In this document: in pieces, positions 13,134 through 24,645 of the stretch
Layout: each line of letters begins with the position of its first letter
Numbering within the stretch: position 1 is the stretch's first letter
NCBI GenBank assembly: GCA_020137815.1
Contig: CM035359.1
Span: 248,001-312,000 of the forward strand
From: Hormiphora californensis
Taxonomy: Eukaryota > Animalia > Ctenophora
Reading direction: 5' to 3'
DNA: 64,000 nucleotides
Notes under the pieces: model-generated
The model's input: only the letters and a program-made list of their open reading frames with translations
The model's database searches: none
What the model was told of the DNA's origin: nothing
Program-made: the position numbers and the translations under genes

Positions 13134-15886
13134 ATGTTGGCTGTGTTAATGGTTATCCTCTTGGCGACTAGCGGAGTTCTCTCAGGTTTGTCTTGCCTTG
13201 TTCGACCCTGTCTCACCATGCCACGCAAATGTTATACGCGTCAAAACGTATCACAAAATTTGACGTTTGGGGTGACAACTTCAACAAGAATTATTGCATT
13301 ATGTGTTCATAATGCTGAGTTTCCCTGCCCTAACGTTTCACATGTCAGTGACATTGTCACTGCCAACAGGATCAAGGCTTGGTCATAATGTAATGTGAGA
13401 TGCATACGATCTAGCTGTCAGTATACTTCTCACATAGCTTAGAGTTAGCTAACTCCCAATCACATGACACTTGCTAACCAGCTTTTGACATTCCAACTTA
13501 ACTACTTATATAACATCTCACACTCGACTCGCAAGATGAAAATGTGTATGTAACACGCGAAACGCGCGGCAGAGCATTTCATGTTTTGTTGAGTGGCGCG
13601 CGCACACACGTCCATCAAACTGTGTCAATGAGGTGTTTGATGAAGGAGTAGCTCTTCACTGAGCACGCGGCTCTAGTTGCTAAACCGTTGCCCCTCGCAA
13701 CGAAAGTGTGACCAAAATGGTCCCTCTACCGATTATTTAGTATACCAAAATGTCGTTTTCGAATTCTAACCCTGCTACAAAGTAAAAAGGCATCCGGGTG
13801 AATACCTTCGGCATTCACCCGGGCAGGGAAAAAATCCTTCTGTTTTAGTAGCACAAAATTGTGTGCTGCATTGCGCAGCTCACATTTCCTGAGAACGTGC
13901 CATTGAAATATTTGATGAAGGAGCAACACCGTTGTCCCTCGCAACTGAGCGTGTTACAGCCGATTTTGTGACCGTGACACCTCACTAGTATGTAAACTTG
14001 TCGAATTCTAAACCCCTATGCCTTTTTACAAAAGGCATCCGGGTGAATGCCTTCGGCATTCACCCGGGCGGAGAAAAAATTCGAATTCATATGAGGTACA
14101 CACTAATTTCTGCAGATGGAAACTTGATAAGCTCCAGGCTGTCAGCTAGTCAGAGTTCGACGGGTTGGAACGGCTATGCTAGCAGGGCTGTAGATGGGAA
14201 CAGCAATGGAAACTTCTGGGCTCAGTACGTATAAAGAAATAGAATTGATTAGAATATATTAGATATATTGTGCTATTCACAATTTTCAGTAGAGTCGTTG
14301 AGCAATTAGTTAACTGAGAGTTGATTTATAACTAACTAGCGCACCCACCGGGTGCGCCTCAAGTAAGGGGTTTCGACAACCCACCCGGCTTCACCGGGTG
14401 ACCCTTTTTTGCCCATTTGACACCATTTTACTGTTGCCATGGCAACTGTATCGGTACCCACTACCCATGAAGACTGAACCGCTAAAAGTTGTTTGAAAAT
14501 AATCACAAACTCCCAAAAGTGTGAATAACAGCTTTACAGCTTTGGGCACATAAAGTGTTTTATGAAGGAGCAGTCTGTCGCGTAGAAACGCACTGAACGA
14601 ACGGCCATCACGACGTTCATCTCCAAATTATAATAGAGATAATATTCTTAATTTCTATACAGATCTTGCACCCATTCCGATGGTACTTCTAATAACTGGT
14701 GGAAGGTTAATCTGGCCAGGGTCTCGAAAATAAACCAAGTGATCATTCACGGACGAACTGACTGCTGTCAAAACAGGATGGACAATGCGCTGGTAAGAAA
14801 TTTTAATTATTTATAAACCATCTAATAATAATGAATAAAATACAATAATTAACTAAATCATCTCTCAATTGAGTTAATTAATTAACTCTGCTAAAAATCA
14901 ATTAACACTATAACTTAGGTTTACGCGGGAGATGAATTTTGTGGAGCCATCAAATACCAGTATGAGGGACAATCGAATTTTTCAGCGTTGACTGTAATGG
15001 CGCATATGCCGGTTAGTAGTAGTAGTAGGTACTATAATAACAGCCCGTCCGAAACGTGCCCCTCAGGCCTCACCACATCAATTATGAAAGCTCATATTAT
15101 ACATACGATGAAAAATAACACTTCCCTCCAATTCTTAGATTCAATCCGGGTAGTACAGAACTACAACTACCTGACGATTTGTGAAGTGAATGTGTTTGGG
15201 GACGCCCTTGCTCCCCTGGATAATCTCGTCTCTGGGAAAAATCTTCCAACAGCCCAGACCAGTGAAGGGTGGAGCGGTGTTGCTCCTAGAGCTATCGATG
15301 GAAGGACCAATGGACTGTGGGACCAGTCTACATGCACCCACTCGGGAAATACAGGCAGGAACCACTGGCAAGTGGACCTCCTAAGCAGACATTTTGTAAA
15401 GAAGGTTGTTGTCTACAACAGACGGGACTGCTGTCAAGATAGAATCAATGGGGCTCAGGTAACTTCGGTTTTATTTTAGATCGGTTAGATCGTCATTATA
15501 TGTACAATTTCCATGAGATTATGTAGTATGTACTCAAAAATATCGAATCTAAATCATTTCCAGGTCTTTGTTGACGACATATTTTGTGGTTCAATAATGT
15601 ACGCCAGTGGTCAGGACGTTTACGTTGTAGATTGTGATACTTATGGGAGAGTCGTTAAAGTCGCACAGAGTGGCCAGTATCTGACTCTTTGTGAAGTGGA
15701 AGTTCTTGGTGAGTTGTCAACGACAATGTTCGTTTCCATGACAACTTGTCATAGAAACGAACATCCTTTCCTAATTCCTTCATTGATTTCTTTCAGTTTT
15801 CAGTTTTCAGTGTTATTTATATCTGTGCAGTACACTAAATTTCCGTCTCTCTCTCTTATCAATACAACCCTATTTCAGGTCATTAA
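13134..15886 (+). CDS. Secreted tandem two-domain F-type lectin (fucolectin). Exons 13134-13185, 14116-14224, 14663-14792, 14919-15011, 15139-15458, 15564-15708, 15879-15886; one frameshift near 14978-14982
   Basis: Signal peptide exon; two domains with A(V/I)DG, CTHS, (W/H)WxVxL, RxDCCxxR (fucose-binding H...RxDxxxxR motif) and YLT(I/L)CEVxVxG; all introns are GT-AG with matching phases once the exon-4 frameshift is allowed. Confidence 0.9.
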
Positions 15887-16353
15887 AATGAATTTGGTCA
15901 AAATCTAGAACAGTGGACAGAGAACCTAGCACTGGACATGTCTATCGTCTACAGTGGACACAACCTTGGTCGAATTCAACATAGGATTTCCATATTTCTC
16001 TAGTAACTGTGATCTATCTCCCAGATTGGACACCAGTAGAGCACAACAAAGCAATTCCCCTGGATCTAGGTGTATGAAGTATTGAAGTGTACAGTCAACT
16101 GTACAGTCAACTGTACACTGGACAGTTGAAATATTAATTTGTTGAAGTTGGAAACTGTATCATTATTTTTATCATTACTTTAAAAACTTTAAAAAACGTG
16201 TATTCCTCAAAGTCTTGACTAATCAATTAATACCCCCCCCCCCCGTCTCGATAAAAGAGTATTTAGACTAAATGCTCAACTAAATTTTAGTTATCAGTTC
16301 AGTCTAAATTAGCTGTTTGTCAATCTCTAATCAACCTGAATATATCGTCTAAT

Positions 16354-17180
16354 GGGGGGTGCGACATGTTAATTTTGTTAACTTTGTTAATATTAACATC
16401 GAGAAAACAGGTGATTTATTAACAAAATTAACAAAAAGTTAACAAACGTTAACAAATGCCATTTATGCCATCTAAATCCCCTTTAGCACGTATTATTAGT
16501 ATTTAACACTTGTTCTGAGAGCAAAGTTGTTCATTCTGTACGATTTACATACCCCTATTACCTCTACTACGGCTTTTCTACAGCGATTTATTCCATTTTG
16601 TAAATGTTAATAAATACTAGCCAAACTAAACCGCAATTGAAGTCAAATGACACTAATCCAAATTTTCGCACCCTAAAAACTAAACAAGACTCATGAATTT
16701 ACCCTAAAACGAAAAATATCCCAAAAATCAATTTTTTCTAAAAAAACACAAGGATTTGTAGCGAAGCAAATTTTCAATCCTTGACCAAAAAATTGATTTT
16801 GGGAAAATTTTATTTCTTTTTTCAACAGAAACGTGTACATCATCTTATTACGTCCAAAGAATCGATTACCAATTTAAAAATTACGTTAAAGTGAGATTTT
16901 ATACGCTAAATTGAAATATTTGTAACTTTTGGAATTTTGTCGATTTTGAGCCAAAAACCTGTATGTCGGACTTTGGTTATCGGAAAAGGCCTTGTTTGGG
17001 TATATATGTGTAAGATAATTCATTAAACTATAAAATTAAACCAGTTAAAGTCGTATTATCAGCCAATAAGAACAGTCTTTTAGCATTTGTTAATTTTGTT
17101 AATTTTGTTAATTAACGTTAATTAACAAAATCGAAAAAAAGAGGTGATTTATTAACAATTAACATGTCGTCCCCCCCCCC
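16354..17180. mobile_element. Non-autonomous DNA element with oligo-G/C termini and 8-bp TSD
   Basis: CGTCTAAT|GGGGGGTGCGACATGTTAATT ... AATTAACATGTCGTCCCCCCCCCC|CGTCTAAT; subterminal TTAACAAAA repeats. Confidence 0.8.
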
Positions 17181-17640
17181 CGTCTAATACCCTTACTCAA
17201 CAGCTAATACCTGAATATCGTCTAATCAGTTCAACTAAATATAATATGTACCTGCAGATATCGTCTAATAAACAGTGAAGCTTCTGTCAATTTATTTGAT
17301 TTAGTACCATTATATCGTTGTCTATCTTGTTAATGTCTAATACCCATACTCAACAAAAAAGCAAAGCAGGCCAGCTAGGATAAATCCAGTGCTGGGGGTG
17401 CTGATATCCCTTTCAATCGCGTCAGCCACGGTCCTTCCGGTACAGAGTTCTCTGCAGCGTAGTCTGCAGGCGCTACCCGGACCCCACAACATACGCCCTC
17501 TTGTATATATATAGGCCACCTTTGCGCTTGCCAGCGCAGTGACCCTCTTGTATATATATAACTAGTTTTGTAATAAATGATCACGCACCGTGCAGGTACA
17601 TGACCGGAAATGTACATGGACAGATTGCAATCTGCACAGC

Positions 17641-17693
<53 letters not shown>

Positions 17694-18328
17694 CGTTATT
17701 ATAACATCTTCAGGAAATTAAAACTGTTAGGTACCAATGCAGAAATTGCGCCGGAGGGTGACATCGCTAGCTCTCCGCCTATCTCCAACAATAATCAGTT
17801 TTTGGCCCTTAATTTCTCCAATATATTGGACTATAGTTTAGAACACTACCTACTCCTAACTCCCCAAACCGTCTCCAACAACACAGCTTCTACCATGCAT
17901 CCATTTATAATACATCGTCGCTAACTTTAGCTCTATCCCCTGTCCTCCACAATAGCTCTCTAAAATCTCCATATACATCTAGCACATAATTATCTGCCTA
18001 GCTAACTCTAGGACTCGCAGGACTCTCTCGTGTCTATAATGTAGGACAGTTCCCAGTTACATAGCAAATATCCGATATCGATTACCAGCTGGGCGAGTCA
18101 GCAACCCTGCTGCATCCCCCCTCCCCCTAATCAGGGGGGGGGGGCAGCTGCATCACACATGTAACTCAACAACAATTACAACTCCAGGCGCATATATTGT
18201 GAGATGTAAAAGGTGCACACCTGTTGACTCAGGGGGCGAACGTGTGTAGCTGTACCCCCATAGAAATACGAGGAGGGACCGAGTGAGAAAGAGGTAGGTA
18301 GAGATAGAGAGAGATAGATAGAGAGAGA

Positions 18329-18394
<66 letters not shown>

Positions 18395-20561
18395 GAGAGA
18401 TGTAATAGAGCCGTGTCATGTGTTTGTGTGTGTGTACCCCCTGGACAGTTAGAAAGCCAGTGCGGCAAATTAATCCTTATTAGGCATGAGAGGTAGGAGG
18501 TAGAGCACTCAATATAGAGCAGGTTTCGCGTTATTTGAACTCACCACAACCGCTTTTTGATTAAAAATAGAATGAAAATGGGATTATAACCTTGATCGAT
18601 CCTGTTTGAATTACACACCCCGTAGGGGAAAACATATGTAAATATAAAAGAGGGTTAAAACATAACAAGTTACAAAGATAAGCCTAACCACACTTTCACC
18701 ACAACAAAACACATGCACGTAACGCGCATGTACCTTTTTTGTGGTGAAAGTGCGATGAAACGTAATGCACAAAGCAAAATTACGGGCGACTGGTACGGGC
18801 GATCTATACGGGCGATCTATTCGAGCCCCCGTAATCCCCCGTGTAATAATTGAATCCTGCTACTGCAGCTGGTGCAGTAAAGGAACTGTGAAAGTTATTT
18901 AACGTGGGTTGTTGGATAATTGCAGGAAGGCTCTTGCATACACCCGATAAATATTGCAATTATTATTCCCATGGATCATAATATGCAGTGGCAAATGCTG
19001 GGATATTATTTCCTGGTTTTTGAGCCAGTGCACACATGTGTGAGATTTTGGTAATGAAATTATAGTATATAATAGCTCATGCAATATAATAACAGGGGTG
19101 ACTTCGCAACCAATGTGAAATTGTACTACAACATTGTAAAATCTTGTAAAATCTTGTAAATCTTTGTAAATCTTGTCTTATGTCTTAAGACTTGAGCAAA
19201 ATAGACTTTAACTCACTACCCACTATATAGTTTGTACTACAAATTTTAGTGGGTAGTGAGTTAAGATCTCTTTTGCTCAATAGTTTTATGTTGAACAATC
19301 GGGTAGATCATGTACGGAAACTAAATAACTATCAGACTCAGATTACTAAACCATACCAGTACAACGAAATAATACAGCTGTATTTAGGACGCAACACATG
19401 TTTCATTGAATCCCTGACGGGAAACCAATCATCAGGCGAACTGGTAAACCATACCAGTAGTAAAATGATATGGACGGTGTTTTCCATTGACATACCGGAC
19501 AAGATGAACAACATGGCAGTGCAAGTGGTAGCTACCCTACCGGTAGGGAAGTGGCAGGGAATTAGCACGGTATGGGGAAACGGAAGAAAACAAATAAACG
19601 GAGAAGTGAACAGAGAAGGGGCTGCTGGAATGGAGTGGGGCGGAAAATCAAACATTCGAATGCGGTGAAAAGCAGCTAGGAGGGAGACAAAATGCAGATG
19701 GAATATAAGTGTGAGAGAGAGAGAGAGAATAAAGTGAGAGAGAGAGAGAGAGAAATTGAGTGAGGGAGAACGAGAGAAAAAAAGAGAAGGGACCGGGGTA
19801 ACGGACGTATTATGTAAATCGTATTACAGACTTGGTCCCTGGTCCCCCCTCCTCCATGGTACAGTGGGCAGCACCGTGTGTATTTCATGATAAGGGAGCG
19901 TGTTTTTGTGAGAGGGACAAGGGAGCGTGTGTTGTGAGAGGGACGTAAGGGAGCGTGTGTTGTGAGAGGGAGCTTGAGTTTGTAATAATAATATAATAAT
20001 AATAATATAAGGGGGACATGGGACATGTTTGTAATGGGGCCAGGGGATCCAGGTCATGGAAATGATTAGAGCTAGGACAAGGAGTGTAACATATATCATA
20101 TAGTCAGCGATGCCAGAGAGTGGCAGATATTCGGTGAGGTTGAAAATGAAAACAGAAGAGAAGAGTTGATCTTGTATAGTAGGATGAGAATTTCTCTCCC
20201 TATTACTCTCTACCTACCTACAAATGATCAAATCATCATCGGCACAGAAATAGAGATGAGATAGATGAAATAAACGCCCGTTGAATTGTCATGCTACACT
20301 TGCAGAGTTAGCTAACAATACAATCTTTTGATCACCGACCAAAGTAAGAGATGACTACAATTCCAATTACAGCATAACCAATACAACAAAAAATTCGACA
20401 ACTAGCCGCCTAACGGAGTTTGTGAAAAAGATTAAATTTCAAGAAGGGTGGAAGCCAAAAAGTGAAAAACGTTTGAAGCACAAAGGCAAATTGAGACGCA
20501 GGCTATTAGAGAGGGAGAGAAAGAAAGAGAGAGAGAGAGAGGGAGAGAAAGAAAGAGAGAG

Positions 20562-20638
<77 letters not shown>

Positions 20639-20869
20639 AAGAAGGAGAGAGTTTGAGAGTGTTTTAAAGAGATAAAGTGGGGGAGAGAGAGAATCGATTT
20701 GATGCTTGCTTGAGGCACCCCATTACCCACTAATTGATATCATATCATCATCTGCTCAGTGGTTACCATAGCAACCCCTCCCCTCCCCCAAACTGACAGT
20801 GATAGATCAAACATTCAAACACGATCAAGCATTCAAGAGATACCTAATAAATTTACTACTGAAGATACT

Positions 20870-21600
20870 CTGTCAGGCCAATGCTCTGACCACAGTTCTC
20901 GCGCGCTCCGCCAATGCTCTGACAGATGATACTCGAATTTTCAAGAAAATGAGAAATTGTACCTAAATAATATTATATAGTAGATATCGAATCTCGCTCC
21001 GATGTTCAGAACAGATTCTGATTTAGAGGAGAGAACCATTTTTCTCTCCCTCTCTTTCTGTATCTTTGTGCCATCTAAATCTTTCTCTCTCTCTCTCTCT
21101 CCCTCGCCCTCGCCCTCTCTTATATCTCTCTCTCTCCCTCGCCCTCTCTCCATCTCACTCTTTCTAACTCTCCCACTCTCTATCTCTCTCTCCCTCGCCC
21201 TCTCTTATATCTCAATCTCTCTAACTCTCCCTCTCTCTATCTCCCTCGGACACTCGATAGTTTAAGCTGGATGGGGTGTCAAGATACCAAATTGGGAATA
21301 ATTGTTACTGGATTATAAGGAGTGTGGGTATTATAGAGTGACACTGGGATCTAATTATACCAAACGTAGAAATATCGACATTTGACATTGAAACTACTAT
21401 ATCGAAGGTTTTAGTATAGTTAGTAGCGAATACTGCAATCGACTGACGAATATTTGAGGTCAAAGACTCCAAGAAACAAATAAAAAACAACTTAAGTCAC
21501 AACAACTTGAATTTATAGAAGACAAGTCTGTCAGAGCATTGGCCTGGCCCTATTCTCATTTCTTTCACGCGAGAACTGTGGTCAAAGCATTGGCCTGACA
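20870..21600. mobile_element. Inverted-repeat-bounded element
   Basis: TGTCAGGCCAATGCTCTGACCACAGTTCTCGCG vs CGCGAGAACTGTGGTCAAAGCATTGGCCTGACA, plus a second inner IR pair. Confidence 0.55.
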
Positions 21601-22160
21601 AAGACAATTTGTTTGTTATCACAATCTAAATATGCTGATGTGGGACTGTGAACCGTCCACGACTTTTAGTGACAACCCTAAGTGGTGTGCCGACCTGTCA
21701 ACTTTGTGACCCAGTCCTACACCCTATAATATACCTGTCAGCTCTCACACCGGGCACTATATTCTTTGTATAATACACGACCATGCCCGAGCTGCAATGC
21801 GACTTCCAATACAGTGCAATATAATCTTAATCAGAGTTCAGGCATTTGACACTTCGCTATATTCTTCTCTCTCTCGGATTCTCTGGGTAGTGGGTCTATT
21901 GAATTGATCCTTAACGGTGCTCACTAAATCGATTCCAACTATTCCATCTGGTCCGGCTCTTCAAGCCGGGCCAAACCTCAAAAAAAGACTCTTTAGACTC
22001 TGGCACTATTGGAATGGTGCTGGCAGTGTATGACCGAGTATTGCAAACTATCTGAGGTGCACCATTGCCCATAGTTACCAGGGCCGGTTGCACGTGCAAG
22101 ATGGTTTATCATGGGAACAAGCCCATAATTCTGCACGTGCATCTGTTTACTCTTTACGTT

Positions 22161-22826
22161 ATGCTTTCGTTTAACTCAAAATTATTGCTTGCAAGTTGCA
22201 CGGCTGGGACAGCTGCCCTAGCCATTTGGTGGGCCTACCGACGAGAGGATAAGGATGAGCCCAAGGACCCTACAGAAAACGAGACACCCAATGAGATTAT
22301 TGAGACTACCTTGGTAGCAGTGGAGGTCACGGAAACAGATGAAGTCGACATAACAGGATATGAAGAAGACGAAGAGGATGTTGATATGACAGGATCCGAA
22401 GATGAAGCGGATGTTGGAGGCATGACCAGAGGTCAAAGTATGTTGTCCCTCTCGACTTCTTCCACCCTGTGCAACAGTAGAGACAGGATGATTGGGTCCA
22501 TGGGCCTCATTATTGAGGAAGACGACTCAGATGACTATGAAGAAGGTGAAATCCTGGTGATTTCAGATAGTGAGGAGTCTGAAGAGGAAGGAGAGATTTT
22601 GGGAGAGGATAATGAAGGAGAGATAAAGGTAGAGGAGAACATGAATGAAACACAGAATGTGGAGGTTCGTGAAACAGAGCCGATGACACTTTCAACTGGA
22701 AGATCCTTCCCTCCCCCACCTCCAAGGCAGATGACCTATGCCGAGTTTCGATCGCTCGCGATTGAAGCTGAGTGGCAGGAGGCGCTGGCACATGCCATGC
22801 GTATACCTGATATGAATGAATTTTAG
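22161..22826 (+). CDS. Orphan acidic protein (about 221 aa) with N-terminal signal-anchor
   Basis: 666-nt non-repetitive ORF; MLSFNSKLLLASCTAGTAALAIWWAYRR followed by a D/E-rich body and a PPPPP-containing C-terminus; no recognisable domain. Confidence 0.55.
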   Translation: MLSFNSKLLLASCTAGTAALAIWWAYRREDKDEPKDPTENETPNEIIETTLVAVEVTETDEVDITGYEEDEEDVDMTGSEDEADVGGMTRGQSMLSLSTSSTLCNSRDRMIGSMGLIIEEDDSDDYEEGEILVISDSEESEEEGEILGEDNEGEIKVEENMNETQNVEVRETEPMTLSTGRSFPPPPPRQMTYAEFRSLAIEAEWQEALAHAMRIPDMNEF

Positions 22827-22968
22827 AATTTGACTTTTATTTGAGATTTTATTGTAAGACGTGTAATGTAAAAACAACTGTATATTTTCACTTTCACTCA
22901 GCGCCATGTAAAAACTGCTGTTTTAATTTTTCATAACGTATCATCGGATCTATTATATCACGTGTAAT

Positions 22969-23095
22969 TGGCTGTGTAGTGGTTAGCTGCTCTCATCGCA
23001 TGTACAAGAAGGTCCCAGGTTCAAATCCCTGGTGCAGTCAATTTGAGATTGGTTACCCCTCCCTTGCGAAACGGCCTGAGTGTGAGGTGTCTTCG
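22969..23095 (+). mobile_element. Degenerate tRNA-derived SINE-like sequence
   Basis: A-box-like GTGTAGTGGTTAG and B-box GGTTCAAATCC; the downstream motifs GTTACCCCTC and GCCTGAGTGTGAGGTGTCTTC also occur at about 1883-1968; no intact cloverleaf. Confidence 0.5.
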
Positions 23096-23955
23096 ATACC
23101 AAAGTTGGGAGTGGGTGCACTTTGATCGTTATTATGGAGGATTTCATGAGTGAATGCAAGTCTATTATAGACTGTCTATAACTGATAGAACTAATAAAAC
23201 GAGACTGATAATAACAACCTATGTAGCGAGTGGTAGGCGTCTAGTAAAACAATATATGAAACAACATTTGCACCTAACACTTCGCTAATCGCTAATTGAA
23301 GAAGGGTCAGGTACTATCTAGACAACTCAACTCTGTCTGGCGCCGCCGACCCCATCTGAGCGCCACCAGACAGACTCAACTATTTAAAGGTGGAAGGCTC
23401 CCACCCCCACAGCTAAACCATAAACTACGACAAGATACCTACACAAAGAAAACACCCACTCCCACACACGCTAGACCGGAACTGTACCTAAACCATCGGA
23501 AGTGAAAGAACAAAGGCAAAAATGTGCAGTGTGTGTGATTGAAAAACAAGTGCACACCCATTTGACACCTTATCTCTCTCTCTCTCCCTCTCTCTTCCTT
23601 TCTCTCACTCTCTCTCTCCCTTTGGCCTCTGCGAGCATCCAGATTGAGCGCGCGCTTGCGCTCAAACCATACCATGTCTGACCTCGCGCCCTACAGTTAC
23701 GTCCCAGCTGTACAGTAGGTACCGAAATAACCGGGACACTTGTGACTTGGGGACGTGGTTTTCAGGTGACAGGTTAAACCGTTTTTCATGTTTCAATTCC
23801 ATAGTTGGTCAAAATACAAAACACTTTTTTTACAACAAACGTAATTATACAAAATACATTACATATGAGACACCAATGATTCAAGATAAAGATGGATGAG
23901 TTTGATAAAATATCTCTCTCACAAAAAAAACCTCATTTTTCAGTGTCTATAATGT

Positions 23956-24578
23956 GGGGGGGGTCCAGCCCTAAAAAAAGCTAAACTAACGGCCAAAATC
24001 AGGGTACCTTTAGCTTTTTTTAGCTTTTTTTAGCTTTTTTTAGCTTTTTTTAGCTTTTTTAGCCTTTTTTTAGCTTTTTTTTAGCTTTATTTAGCTTTTT
24101 TTAGCTTTTTTAGGCTAAAAAAAGCTAAAAAAAGCTAAAAAAAAGCTAAAATTGAGTTTTTCGTGGATTCATATAGGTTCGAATCCCGCTGACGCCAAAT
24201 TTTTTAAACTTTTATTATAACGTTTTATAACGTTTTTTGAACTTTTTTAAAACTATTTTTATCAAATTTGAATAATATTTTTATCGAAAAAATGTCTCCA
24301 GAAAATGGCAGTAGGGGTGGATACAGAAATTGCTACGTATGGACATAAACGGTAGATTATGGTAAAAAATGTGCAGGAAATGAACAAATGCAGTCAATAG
24401 ACGTCCGGAAGGATGAAAATTTGATGGAAAAGTGTCAAGATGAATGCTGAAAAAAACATAAAAAGTAGGGCTAAAAAAAGCTAAAAAAAGCTAAAAAAAG
24501 CTAAAAAAAGCTAAAATAAAAAACGCTATCGACCAAAATCAGGGTACCTTTAGCTTTTTTTAGGGCTGGACCCCCCCC
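23956..24578. mobile_element. Non-autonomous DNA element with oligo-G/C termini and 7-bp TSD
   Basis: ATAATGT|GGGGGGGGTCCAGCCCTAAAAAAAGCTAAA ... TTTAGCTTTTTTTAGGGCTGGACCCCCCCC|ATAATGT; internal (TAGCTTTTTT)n arrays. Confidence 0.85.
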
Positions 24579-24645
24579 ATAATGTCCAATTCTAAACTAC
24601 CACCATGTCCAGACTCCAGATAATATAAAGTCTCTCTCTCTCTCT

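Noticed and set aside
19338-20099. Minus-strand ORFs with a hydrophobic start (MIYVTLLVLALIIS...)
   Set aside because: They run into simple repeats; no consistent splice model or domain.
22969-23040. Functional tRNA gene
   Set aside because: Acceptor and anticodon stems do not form; treated as a SINE-like head. The same applies to the lone B-box at about 24176.
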